Shown: positions 50,561 to 64,000 of the stretch, one piece after another
How the letters are laid out: each line of letters begins with the position of its first letter
Numbering within the stretch: the first letter of the stretch is position 1
DNA from: the human T2T-CHM13v2.0 reference genome, Homo sapiens
DNA length: 64,000 nt
Reading direction: 5' to 3' (one strand)
Assembly (NCBI RefSeq): GCF_009914755.1
Contig: NC_060942.1
Program-made: the position numbers and the translations under genes
The notes under the pieces: generated by a model
The model's input: only the letters and a program-made list of their open reading frames with translations
The model's database searches: none
What the model was told of the DNA's origin: nothing

Positions 50561-52943
50561 ATAAAAACTCAGTGCTGCTTTCTTCTGAATAGCATTCCAT
50601 GTTAGAGTTCACTTATTATCCCTTAGAATCAACCACAAAACATGAAAAATGATGAGTAACCATTTTCTTAATTCTCCCAAGAGTGGTACATAAATAGCGC
50701 CATTTTAGATGCAAGGGAGAGAAGTTAATTCATTATGTTCCATGGATGCGTTAGATCATAAGGACTGGATTCTCTTGCTGAACAAGTGGAGAAAGTTTAC
50801 ACTTGGGCTGTGTTAACACTTAATTTATTGTTTTGATCATCTTTGCAGAACATCTCATTCCATTGTATCAATAGTGTCTCTATCATTCAACTTACACTTT
50901 CCAATTCTCTACTCTAAGCCCTTTACTTTCTCTAGTTTCTTTGGGAGCGAGACTTCATCCTATTTATCATTGTATTTCCAGTGCCAATATATTGTTTGAT
51001 ATTTAATATTTTGTCAATAGATATTGATTCAACTGTGATAATTAAGTCATGGATAGGTATCTTAGAGGAATGAACTGTCTCCAGTGACATGATAGAAAAC
51101 TTAAAAAGCCAAGAGTCATAGCTTCAGCATACCCACCCACCAGCTGTTTGCTCTTGGAAAATTTGCTTAAACTTTCTGATACATGTTTCCTCACACACTC
51201 AGTGGTGATAATAATGTATCAGCTAGACATCTCATGGAACTGTTGTTAATATCTGAAGGAAAGATGAAGGTGGCAATATTGAGTAATGATCTGTACAGGT
51301 GAATGGGGGTTCCATATACAATATTAATGATTACTTATTCAACACCTGGGAGCTGAGTGCTAAGAACGTCTTACAAGTCATATGTCCTCTGCACAGCAGG
51401 GCTGGTCCTCCAAACCCACTGAAGTGTTTACATTTGCAAAGTTGATGGTTGGCATTAACCGGAGCTCCCAGCATGGAAACCTCAATAAAGTGAGGGGATG
51501 GGGGATAAAGAAGGTACTGGAATGAGTTTAAATGATGTCACCATGTACAGAGATTTATAATAGGGTTTTCTGTCCCTGACCTCTCTGCATGTGCTGAATA
51601 TACAGCAGTCTTCAGAGCTTATTGACAAGATATCAGAAAAAGGTGAGCTGTAGACAGATCTAATAAAAGTTGGACAGCCCTGTGCACAAATAACTCCCAC
51701 TGCAGACCAGAATAATGAATAATATCTCTATGTGTGTGCTTGCATGTGTGTGTCCTGTAAACAAATTTTGCCCAAAATAATTCTCAAAAATCTGTTCATC
51801 TACCGACTTTTCCTCCTCACCACCGGGAAATGAGAATTAAAAATATTTAAATACTGGCAGAGGGATGGGAGCTGGGCGGCAAACCAATATTCTCCCTTAA
51901 AGTCCGAGATTTAAAGATCCATTTATCAAAACCTTTGGTGTGTGCCCAAGTCTTCCTGAATTAATGCATGCATGCATATGAAAATCAATGTTTCCTGCCC
52001 ATATAAACACTGCAGCTCCGAATCAATCTCTCAAAGCCGAAGAGGGTTAAATATTTAAACAAGCTATGTATTGAAATACATTTTTAATGCCGTGAAGTCA
52101 TTCTGATGAAAGATTACTCAGGAGCCTTCATTACTGAGTGTAGAGAGTAATGTGGTATTATCGGAACAGATGGCCCAGCTGTCTGTGGGCTCTGGCCCCC
52201 CTCAGGGTAGATTCAAATGCTACTCCTAGAGTCAGCTGTTGGTAGCCAATGGCCTGAATGGATGGCTGCCTACACACCACACATCCCTGCATGATAGCCA
52301 TGCTGGCTGCTGTCTCAGGAAACCTTTTCTTAAGGAGTCAAATGATGTTTTGATTTGATTTGATTTGATTTCTTTGTAAGCTCTCCATGTTTCTGCTGCT
52401 TGTTTCAAGTGGAAGCTGTTGTTCAGGAATCCAGAGTGGATAAGCTGACCATTCTGCTGTTTGTTGTCTGATTAGAAAGCACTGCTGAGTTGCTCTCAAA
52501 AGCATAGGTGGAATATGATTTAAGAATACTCTATTTTTTTATCTGCTTCTGATGAGTACAAAGTTGTTATAGTGCATAGAAAGGCTACTCGCTGTGCTGA
52601 GATCCAAATGTCCTGAGCTATAGTTCTTACTTCCTTGTTTGCTACCTGTGGGCTTGGGGAAACTTGCATAATTGTTCTAAGCTCAGTTGTTTTCACCTGT
52701 GATCTTTGACAATCTTTTCTTTAATAGCCTTCTATGACCACATTTTAAGTCACATGACTATAGAAGAGAATTATGGAGAGAATATTAGTGATGGAGAGAA
52801 GACCAGACTCAGAGTTATGCAGAGGGATATAGCACGTGGATAGGATTTCCAAATATCTTTTTGAACTCATTTGCCTTGCTCCATCTCCTAAGATGAAAAT
52901 TCCTGTTCCATCTACCTCTATTAAACATCTTGAGAAACCTGTA

Positions 52944-52988
52944 CATATATATATATATATAATATAAATATATATATTTATATATATA
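52944..52988. repeat. (TA)n microsatellite, interrupted
   Basis: Direct reading. Confidence 0.85.
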
Positions 52989-55900
52989 AAACTTTTAAAA
53001 ATATACAATGTTTCCAATTGTGAGAACTAGAGGTAAGAAAAGTGGGAAGGTTCTGGCACTGTGGCAGGGGTGGGGGTTGGAGGTATGGTGAGTACAGTTG
53101 GTGCATATCAGAGCATATGGAAAATTTGTAAGCTAAACACTTTGTGCTGTCCCATGTAAATAAGATCACTTAAGTGACTCCTTTCATTCTTGCTTTCTAA
53201 GAGCCATGTGGTAGAAGGGACTCTATCATGAAAAGCAACCTTCTGAGATCAAATTTGTTTGAGTACCTTCAGGTCAAAACTAGCCCCATGAAGTACAGTG
53301 AAATCTTAAACGGCGGGTATACACCAGGAGTTTACATTTACATGATGAACAAAATGTAAAGGTGAATGTGAGGATTGGCCAAAGTCACTACATTCTTGAA
53401 TTAAATATTGACTCACTTAAATAGTTTGGAGATTTTCTAATTGTAATTTGGTGCTATTCTTAGTGATATTCAGTTAATAATATCACTCTTTTCCCAGAAG
53501 AGAAAGTAAAGATCACACATTCTTCAAATTTTCTGTGGAAAAGCATGAACATAAAAATCAGAGAGGATTAAAAAGAAACACTTGGCAGCTTTCACATGCA
53601 GCCTCCTTGTTACGACCCACTAATTCGACAAGGATCAAATCGTCAACTGTAAGAGGAATTGGAGCCAGACCTTTTGAGTCACAGACTGATAGCTGCCATT
53701 TTCATTAGGTAAAGCCTGTCATTCCCTCTGCTTGCTTATTAGCTGTGGAAGCTGATGGCTGTATATGTACAGCAGGGGCAGGCAGGTGCCAAGCCCTGCA
53801 GCCCTGCACTAGTTGGGCATGTTCAGGGTCCCCAGTTTCATTATTTCTTCTTCCCATGGACTAACTAGTTTCTATATTGTGCTTATTAATTTTACTTCTA
53901 CCCATGGGGCATGACAGCTATACCACGGACATCCAACATGATGTCCCTGCCGTCGATATCAGCAATTCATCCTGGTTCCCTGAAATTCAGATGATTGAAC
54001 CAATTGCTTTCTGGTCAAGTTGTGATTCTTCTGAAAATTATGACAGTCAAGGACCATGCATGGATTTGATCCCTAGTGGTCAAGCTATGGAGCCAACACA
54101 TAAATCCTATGGAATATGCCACACAGTTTCCTTCTTTCCCCCACTATTTTCTCAGTTTTTTTCCATCTAGAATATCTATATGCACTCTTTTGAGAATTGT
54201 AAATTCTCGCCACCCTTAAATAAGCTTCATGGCTTCCATAAAGCATTTCTCAATCAAAACCCTGCAGAATTTTTTTGCTCATTTGCATTGCAATACCGCA
54301 TACTCTTTGAAACATTCCTTCATCACATAACATACAGTATCACAGTGTCAACTAGGTGTTGGGGATGCACTAGCGAATTATCCATGGTGCTTATCGTCTG
54401 CGAACTAAGCTCATATGACTTTGAGAAAATGATTAATTTCTCTCATTTATCATCGGAATAATACCTTTTCCACAAATTGTTGTAAGGATAAAATAAAAAT
54501 GTGTGTGAAATTACTTTGTAAATTATAAAGTGCTACATAAATATAGGGTATTGTTTTTATTATGCCTACTTCTAATCGTATTAGCTCTCAATCATTTGTC
54601 TTGGTGTATAAAAATCAAGATATTTTTTGTTGGTTTTAGCAGAGTGATTTGCACATAAAGATTGAAGTGATTGATTCATTTTTTGCTTTCAGATTTATGA
54701 TCCAAGGACTAATAATATTTCAAAATCTTGGCAGTCCATGACTGAGGTTTTGAGTTTCCTTTCTCCTCAGTCCTTGCAAGTTCAAATGGAGTTGGTTTCC
54801 ATCGATATCAGACTGTGGTCATTCAAACATGGAAGCTCAGAGAGGCTGGGGTGAGGGGCTGTGTTCTCCATATGGACTCATTATATTTTCCTCATAACTT
54901 TCAGTTCAGCAAAGGCACCTTGGGCAGCTGTTCTTCACCAAGTTTTTATTTGATTTGACTGATTTTACAGTTTACTCTGGTGTTAGAACTTTTAGCCAAA
55001 ATGTCTTCACACACAAATAAGAAGGAAGAATAATAAGAGTGAGCAGTATATTTTGAATGTATCAATTTTTTATTTTTACAAAGTATATTCAAATATATTA
55101 TCCTATATAATATTTTGAGCATGCCTACAAATCAAAACAACTTTAAAAACTCATTTTATAAATGAGAAATTCAAGGACTTGGCTCCAAAATTGTATTGTC
55201 TACACTTTTTTCTTCCTTGCAGCAACAATGACTAAGAATCTCACTTATTTGAGAAGGCAATTATAAAGTCAGTTTTGTGTATAATCCATCCAAATTATTC
55301 TACTCTGAGGCAGAGGGCTGATCGGAGTAATGATATATATTTGTGAGGAAAGGAACTAGTAAAAGTGGCCTTCTTCCCCACACTACAGAGGGACCTGCCA
55401 TTACATTTGTAGGTAGAATCAAGAGTTGAGAGTGTCCTCAAGGCAGCAGCTGGAGGAGAAATTCTAAATGAGTTTCCAGGAGAAGGCAACACACCATGTA
55501 GTTTTGGAAAATATTTATTGTAAGCTGTAAGGAGAATGATTACCAAGAACAAAAAACAAAAAAATTCCCAATTACACTCTGATACAATGCTTTCTTATTT
55601 TCATTTTGATCAACTGAAAGAGTTCTTTTAGACCTATTTAGAGATAAATTTTTGTGGACAACTCTGTTGTGTACATAGAAAAGAAAGCACAAGAAGCATA
55701 CACTAGTTTTGGAGGTTCTCAGTGCTCTGTACATTCTGACTGACTTTTCTCAACTACTTTTCTACTTGGGCATCAATGTTCATGAATTTGCAAACAATAT
55801 TATCTTCTGTGTCATGAAGAGAATTGGTAAGTCAGCATTCCTAAAAGGGTATTCTATTATTGCTTCTGGTATTATCTTTGAAACTACTATGACTCATTCT

Positions 55901-56597
55901 GCAAGTTATGATGGGTGTGTTCATTCAATGCCAACATTACTGTGATAGTCATCTGACTGACAGTAATTGAAATTATTTTGTGATCTCAGAGGTATAAAAT
56001 GTGGTGGGACAAATGCATTTTAGAGTCTATAAAATATGGAAATAGAATATTAAGATGTAAGGATTAGAAAGTGTCATGGTACAAGGGACCCAGGAAATTT
56101 GATGGGCAAGTAGAGGTAATTCTTGAGTTAGGTGCAGGACTGGAGATGACTTTTCTGTGCTCCCTGGGACTGATGTATTAATATTTGCTGGTGGACTATG
56201 GGGAAACCAGCTGGGGAAGACATTGTATTTAATAATCCAGGACCAGGGCTCATCCTTTTTCAAGTACTGGACCTCCATATTCCAATCTGACTATTCACAA
56301 AAAATGGATATGATACTATTTAGAGGTGCCAGCTCCAAATTAAACTTCAGGCATCCTGAGTATCAATTTGAGCAGAGGCTCTTCAAAGTTCTCTGATGTT
56401 TGACAACCCAAACATTGGTTTTCCAGGACTTTTCCACTGAATTGAGGAGTCTCTATTGGTCAACATTCATGAATTTGCAATTGACAATGAAGCATCAGAG
56501 AAGAGATGTGTGAGGAGAGGTAGAAAAAGTGATCATGGGAAAGTCAAGTTACAGAGGAATATAAGATAGTAAAGGCCACGGAGATAAGAAAAAATAT

Positions 56598-57090
<493 letters not shown>

Positions 57091-57949
57091 TTACAATAAG
57101 ATGACAAAAACAAGAATCTAAGAATTTGGGTCAACTTTCACTTGTTTCAATAACTCACTTCTATCTTTTTGTTGATGGTCCTTTTGTCTTTGCTTAGATT
57201 TTGAATCTCATTCTTCAGCTTCCAAGACGAGAGTCTGGCGTCATAAAGTGTTTCATATGGTTTCTCCAGCCTCCCTGTCTAGACATAAAACTGTCTGAGG
57301 CCAAACACCACATATTCCCTATACCCTAAAAAGGTCCTAGGCCAGTGCTGTGCGTATCTATAGCGCTTAGTAAAACAGGCAGGATATATTGGCTCTTTGC
57401 TTGAGCATTCATTTACCCTCTGGGAGAGTTAATGAGTGATCTCAGCACCTTTTCAAAGAGGCGTCTGCAAAGAGCAGCTTTGGATGAGATGCACAGCTTT
57501 CTTTGGGTCTAGGGAGGCCATACAAAATGGAAACAAGGCCCTATGCAAACAGGATTGGAGACTGTTTAGCCTGATGCCCAAGAATACATTCAAAGGAGAC
57601 CAGCTTCAGCCATTCAGGTGCTTCCCTCATTGCCATCACAATGGAGTTAGTGTCCCTGCAAATGTGTTTCTTGCTGTTATAGTTTTGTTTTGTTTCAAAA
57701 TTTTATTCAGAAGCTGCTCTCTTTGGGAAGGTGTTCAGACAATGAGATAAACCACAGCTATGTTCCCTACAAGTAAAGAAGTCAGTAGATAAAAAAACCT
57801 TCTTCCCCATCTTGCCATCATGAAATTCCTATATTTTCCCTTCCAAAGAAAATCCCCTGGGAAAGGGAATGTATAACTTTTAGTTTTACAAGAAGTTTGA
57901 ATTGGACTGTCCCTGATTCCTACCAACTTTGAAAATAATTAGATGGTAA

Positions 57950-58120
57950 GAATCGAATACACAGTGGATTAAGAGACCTAAATTTGTGAATTTAGTCAAA
58001 TTAGATAACCTGACCAGGCTTCAGTTTTCTCATCAGCAAAATGCGGTACTCATTGTATGAACTGACAAATGTAAAATCACAGAACACAGTGACAAGTGAT
58101 AAAAGCTCTGTGAATGTTCA
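57950..58120 (+). mobile_element. MIR fragment
   Basis: GGCTTCAGTTTTCTCATCAGCAAAATG. Confidence 0.55.
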
Positions 58121-58984
58121 TTTATGTATGCTGGATAGTTTGTTTTATGTATGCATCCCTTGTCTTCTAGGTGTTATTAAATATGATTGTTAGAGCTGAC
58201 TTGTGACCTGATTCTTATTTAATCCATGTTTCTCAGAAAACAACTAGCATGTGATTGTGGTGATAGTCGTGGTGGAGGTGAGGGAGATGAAGAAGAAAAA
58301 TCTAAGGGCACAAAAATCAACTAGTCAGGTAGATAATTTTCTTCAGTGAAGCAGAATGTGTGTCTCTCCTGATTTGGGAAAGAAACAAGACATTATAATA
58401 TTTGAGATAGAACTTTTCATGTATAGACAAAATTACTATATTGTCAATATATTATTTCCAGATAGCTTTGTTTCATTATAAGCTTTTTTTATTAATTCTT
58501 ATGTCATATGATAAAAGTTGGACTTAATTCAGGAGGCCTGGACTTGAATCCCATCTCTGCTATTTTCTAGTGAGTTGAGCTAGTGCTGGTGACTCACTAC
58601 AGGCTTTTCTCAGACTCCCCTTGTATAACATGAGGGTCCTCTGCTACAAGATTGTGGTTAAAACCAGATGATTTGAAGTCCATCTGGGTACCATGTATGT
58701 AGCAGCCATTAAATCATTATCTTTGGAAGCCAATGGAAATCTCTACGAGAGAAAAGTGGTGTTCTTTTTGTTTTTCAAGTAAGAAAAACAAGTATTGGGG
58801 TTAAATCTCACAAATTAAAGGCAGAGACATGACTGACACTCTGACATAGAAGGGCAATGCCTATAGAATTGAGGTATAAAAAATGGACCTCCTAACACAA
58901 GGGGGTAAATAGACACCAACAAATCTCAACCTTCACCTTGGGCTCATGCTCAGTTATTTTAAGGAAGAAAGAAAAGAATCCCCT

Positions 58985-59175
58985 GCGTATTGATTACCTA
59001 CTATGTGCCAAGACTTGTCCTGGGCACTTTCAAACATTTAATTCTCCCAAGAGCCATCAAGGTTGATATTAGTATCGCCCAATTATAGATGGGGAAACTG
59101 AAGCTCAGAGAGTTTAAGCCTATCACCCAAGGTCATGCAGCTGACAACAGCAGAGACTGAATTCTGCCTCTCTGC
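58985..59175 (-). mobile_element. MIR SINE
   Basis: CCTACTATGTGCCAAG...AGATGGGGAAACTGAAGCTCAGAGAG...CCCAAGGTCATGCAGCT. Confidence 0.85.
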
Positions 59176-61509
59176 CATTATTTCTAATATCAGCTTACTT
59201 CTACCTCCTTGCCTGCCAGGACCACTGCCACCAGCCTGTCAACAAAGACAGCAAACCTACGAGTTGTCTCAGCCTTGTAGCAAAGCTTTGATGTCCCTTT
59301 GTTGTTCAAGGCAGGACCCTGGGTGCCATGCTGGGGAGTGGACAGCAACAGTCTCAGGCAGAGCAGGAGACAGAGCTGGGGGCTTGGTCACACAGGTGTG
59401 GGCTGGAAGGTACAGGGAGTCGGCAGGTCAGAGCTCACTTTCCAGGGAAGTCAGCTAGGCAGGTAGATATCAAAAGCCCAAACAGTCAGGGTCCAGAGAC
59501 TTAGTGATCACAGAGGCAGGGACAATGGTTCTATTGAACAGAAGACATGAAGGCAAGCAAAAATCCTAGGGTAGGCACTGCTTTTGTTGCCTGCTGTGTG
59601 TGAGCAGCTCTGGAGCCTAGGTGTTAAACAAAGTTAGAAGGATCTCTTATACCTGCAGGAAAACTGTGCTACTTACGGAGTGTAAAACAGAGATGTTGAA
59701 TTTTTTTTTTTTCACTGTGGCCAGTGCTGCAAAGGGACTTTTATGTTGACTGATACATCTGAGACTTGGGCTTAAGATAGGAATAGATAGATGCACCTTT
59801 CACATTGCAAGCACTTCATTGTGGTAGCTACAGAAATCTCTAAGAATGGTGAAGTTTTATGACCTCCAGCCTCATTCTTTTATACTCGTCCCTTCCAACC
59901 ATGAATTTGTGTTAAGCACTATCCTCTACTCACATACCTGCTTCCAACCCTTGTCAAAATCTGCTTTCTGATTACACTTCATGGGTAATGGCTATGAGAG
60001 CAGAGCAGTGTACACTTCTTTCCTAGGGCCACTGACTCTATTTAGATGGAATTTATGGGAAGTTCACTTAGAGAAGACTGTTCGAGCAAAGACTGAGATG
60101 AGGCAGGGCTCCCTGGATCCCCTAACCTCCCAAAAAATGAGCGAGCAGGTGGCTATTCCACCTACGCATAAGGTCAGCCCTGACAGCAGTCAGGCTTTTT
60201 TTGTGTCCTGGAACCATTTTCTCAGAGTGACATTGACATATGTCCCCATAAATAAATTAGCAACCCCATCTCAGCTGACATGGTTGGCAGAAACAAGAAG
60301 CTCATGTGCCAGTGTGTGGGTTAATTCCCGTGCCCATTCCACTGGGAAAGATCAAGTGTATCAATGTGTGCTCATCCTGCAAGCCCTGGGATGCAGAAAG
60401 CTTTTCCTTTCTTCTTCTTGGTTTTCACAGGAATATATTTTGACTTATCTACATAAAATATGCATGTGAGAGGTTGTTAAATGAACAGAGAAGTGATAGA
60501 AAGACAGGAGGATAGGTGAGGCAGAAATAGCATTTTTCAGTTTACAAAAATAGAAATAGGGACTCCATACTTCTTACTCCCCAAATCGTCAACTGTGCAA
60601 GGTAGATATTTTTATTCCTTATATTGTAAAGCTACTTCTGCTGAATCCCCACACAGAAGACATGAAAAGAAAGTAAACCATTTCTAGTTCTTTCTGACTT
60701 GTTCCCTCTGAAAGAGTAGGGGCATCTCAAAAATACCTTAATGCTTTCTCATGTAGTTCAATAAACAAAATTTCGAGAAACTTGTCTGTGGTGGTGATAG
60801 GCATTTTGTGGGATAAGAAAAAAAAATAAGTGGAAAAAAATCCTTGTTGCAAATAGTTAACTGGGAGAATCAAGGAGAAATGCATGGATCAAGTCTATTC
60901 AGTAAATATGAATTGAGCACTTGAAATGTGCCAGGCCCTACACTAGAATCAGCTGGACTCATGCCTATGCTGGAGGAAGCAACACTCTTTATCTAGGTAC
61001 GTAATTTTCATCACAAATGTCAGCTGAACTTACCCAGTAGAGATGTTTATAACAATACACAAAGCATTTTATCTACTCACCTATTTACTAGTTCATTTAT
61101 TTATTTTCCCTTACTATGTAAAGGGCTTGTTTACTATTATATACACAATATAACATTCAAGATGCCATTATATGCACCATATACCATTCAATGGCATATT
61201 GAATATAATGCATATAATGGTAAACAAAACAGATGAAGCCCCTGCTCTTATGAAGCTTGCAGTCTAGGAACCCTTAAATTTGACCTCATCTTTTTATGAA
61301 GACGGCATAAAGTTGACTGAGAGTGACTGCACCTTTCCAGTGTAATGAGAATGGTGTTTTTCTTCCTGATTGGGTAAGTGTGAGGTCAAGATCTTCCTGG
61401 ACTGGGAATTAGAACAGGCTCTAAATAATTTACCGTTTTAACTTAGTGAACTTCACATTTCTCTACCTGTGTTTTTTTATGCTAAATGAGTGTTAGGTAC
61501 TCAAGAAAT

Positions 61510-61718
61510 ATACCGTCCAAAATGAAAACCACTAGCCTCATGTGGCTATTGAAACTCAATGTAATTAACTAATATCAAATAAGATTAAAAGCTCACTTTC
61601 CCAGTCTCACTGGCCACATTTCCGGTACACATAGCCACCTGTGACTAATGGTTATCACATTGGACACTACAGAACATTTTCATTATCATAGAAAGTTTTC
61701 TTGGAAAGCCCAGCTCTA
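61510..61718. mobile_element. MER3/MER33-like hAT-Charlie MITE
   Basis: CCACTAGCCTCATGTGGCTATTGA...TAGCCACCTGTGACTAATGG...CATAGAAAGTTTTCTTGGA. Confidence 0.75.
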
Positions 61719-61889
61719 GAAAATAATTTCTGGTGTTAATATCTATGATGCTTGTCTTTTGGACGTTTCACTAAAGAATTCAAGATGTGGATCTTCACTT
61801 TGAAATTCTACATTGCTTTCTCTGTACATAAATTACGCGGCGTTACTATGCAGATCCATATAGATGTTCATATCTTTTTGTGCATATCC

Positions 61890-62010
61890 TTTACCGCCAA
61901 CTAGGCTGGAAGCACTTGAAAGCAGTGATCACACAATCCATTTCTATATTCTAAGTGCTTAGTGCAGTGCCCTGTAGACAGTAGGAGCTTAATAAATGTC
62001 TTTGTTGGTG
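61890..62010 (+). mobile_element. L2 3'-end fragment
   Basis: CTAGGCTGGAAGCACTTGAAAGCAG...GTAGGAGCTTAATAAATGTC. Confidence 0.6.
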
Positions 62011-64000
62011 GTGAGAAGGACACTTTCTGATATTCAACAGCACCCTAAAACACTATGAGCTGTGCCTCTAAGCAGCAGAGGGGAGTTAAACTACAGAGAA
62101 GCCCTGAGGGACAGATCACGAGTTTGGACTTCGCCACATTGAGTTTGATCCCAAAGGCTATTTCTGCACATCAAGCCATCTGGAGATAGTGTGGGTGCCA
62201 GGCATCACGCCTGTGCAGTGATGTATCTCATCCCTTGGTATTTAAATGCTGTCTTGGCATGGGACACTGGTGTCCACAGTCAGCCACAGGCAGAGAAAAA
62301 AGTTCTGACTCTAAGTCGTGGGCTGTAAACTTCATTTCCTCAGTTGAACTCACTTATCTGCTGGGCCCAACCATTCATCCACTTCCACAGTTGCGGTAAT
62401 TCTCATTCTGGGTCTTGAAGAATATCACAAGAGCCTTACAATAATAAGGTGGCACTAGAATTCTAGGTGATGGGTCATGTCCAAATTTAGTCCAAAAGAA
62501 ACTGAAAAATTATGTTTGCTCTGTAAGATCTCATCTGCTCTGGAGTATGAATTATGTTAAGTAGCCTTCAGCATCACTCAGTTGCATCCAGATCCAGATG
62601 TCAAAGGGGACAATATTGCAGCCACTTAACATTTCATGTGATAAAATTGTCCTCTTCTTGTCATTGTCCCCTCCCTTACTCTGGTCCATTTTCTCAGCTC
62701 CATTATCTGTTTGTATTTGCATCAAAATAATCTGTACTCTTTTGCCCACACTCCTGGCTTTAGAAATTAAAAAAAAAAAAACCCAAAAACAAACAAACAA
62801 AAAACTCTGAAGCAATAGGTCAGCATTTACTACAAATCTGTTTTTTTTTCTCTCAAGACTTCTTTATTGAAATAAACAGGGAGGTAACTCTTTATTAACT
62901 ACAGTATTTACAGATAAAGGCTCTGAAGACCCAAGAACTTAGATTTCGGAAGCACCATGGTGGGGTAATGGTGTAGCCAGGACTAGAGACCACGGTGGGA
63001 CTTGAAACTATGTCAGAAGAGAAATGATATAGTAAGATTTAGATAATCTGGAAAGAATATCTGCCACAATGTGCCCCTTTGCTTGCTAATTCATTGGTTA
63101 TCGTGATTATTGAGTACTTAGATGATATAGGAATATATCTAAATATTGGGGGTATTAAAAGAAGTTTACTTTCTTCAGAATATGTTTATAATTTCAATTT
63201 AGGATGGTGTTTGAAAACATAATTAAATTTTCAGTATAATATACATAAAAAAGAAAATCAATATACAGGCAATAAATGATAACTGAGCTCAGAGGCTGAG
63301 AATCCTTCATGCAAGTGCTATCACAGATAAATTATTTTCAGTTTTATAAGAATTAAATAGAGAGTAGAGTTTAGTCTGTCATTCTAAGAGAAGGGAAAAA
63401 GTAAGAAAAATGCATAGAGATTGGAAAGTCCAGTACTGGCTTGAGGGGCACTGATTAGTCATTGAAGAATGTGCAGAAATAGAACAGGAAAGAAAGGATG
63501 AACCCAGATTCTGAAGGTATTCAGTCCCCTGGCTAGGAAGTTTTGTCTTTATCTTGTACAATTAAGAGGCACTCTTCAAAGAATATTTAAATTTCACTCT
63601 GCCCTTCTGACCTTATATTACCATGCTATTTGCATTCTTGTTTTTGGTTTTTGTCTTTGACTCTTTCCCACATCAGTTGTTATGCAAGTTTCAAAGCTCA
63701 ATCTAAACTCCACATCTTCCAGAGGAGCTTCCCCAATTTATGCAGCAATTATACATAAATCCCATAATCTTCCACTTACAGGATTGATTAGGTATGTTTC
63801 TATAATGTTGTCTTATGCCTGTGTAAATCACATAAATCTGTACTTTATGAACAGTTTTAAAATGTAAACTTCTTGGGGTCAAAGAGCATAATTCATCTCT
63901 CTATTCTTTCAAAGCACAGGCTAAACTTCTGGTTGGGAGAATTACGTTGACAGAATAAAGAAAAGCAGTAAGGAGTACGTATTGTTTTAACACTGGTAGA

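Noticed and set aside
59250-59600. GC-richer purine-rich stretch with a 107-aa ORF
   Set aside because: Few CpGs, so not an island; the ORF begins in a MIR; probably an ancient LTR-like remnant that I cannot assign confidently.
59981-60469. 162-aa ATG-initiated ORF
   Set aside because: No recognisable domain or coding-like composition; overlaps probable decayed LTR-like sequence; no promoter or splice support. An ORF of this length can arise by chance in 64 kb.

Overview
AT-rich, CpG-poor primate genomic DNA, very probably human: it carries an AluYg6-lineage element and L1PA, THE1 and MLT2A families. It looks intergenic or deep-intronic. I find no protein-coding gene, RNA gene or CpG island. 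The interpretable ORFs in the track are decayed L1 ORF2, Tigger1 transposase, Alu read-throughs or chance ORFs. About half or more of the window is interspersed repeat. This includes a roughly 18-kb nested stack (12.7-30.4 kb: old L1M, L1MC, MLT1J provirus, Tigger1, AluS, twin-primed L1PA7-like, L1MA, L1PA16-like) and an LTR/Alu cluster at 32.7-37.9 kb. The most interesting non-repeat signals are an unexplained ~120-bp direct repeat at ~81% identity (4063-4181 / 4429-4545), several motif-dense candidate enhancers, and a few candidate + strand splice units including a 21-nt frame-preserving microexon-like segment. I see no evidence for a new multi-gene system. Repeat family names come from my recall of consensus sequences, not from a database search, and boundaries of old elements are approximate.
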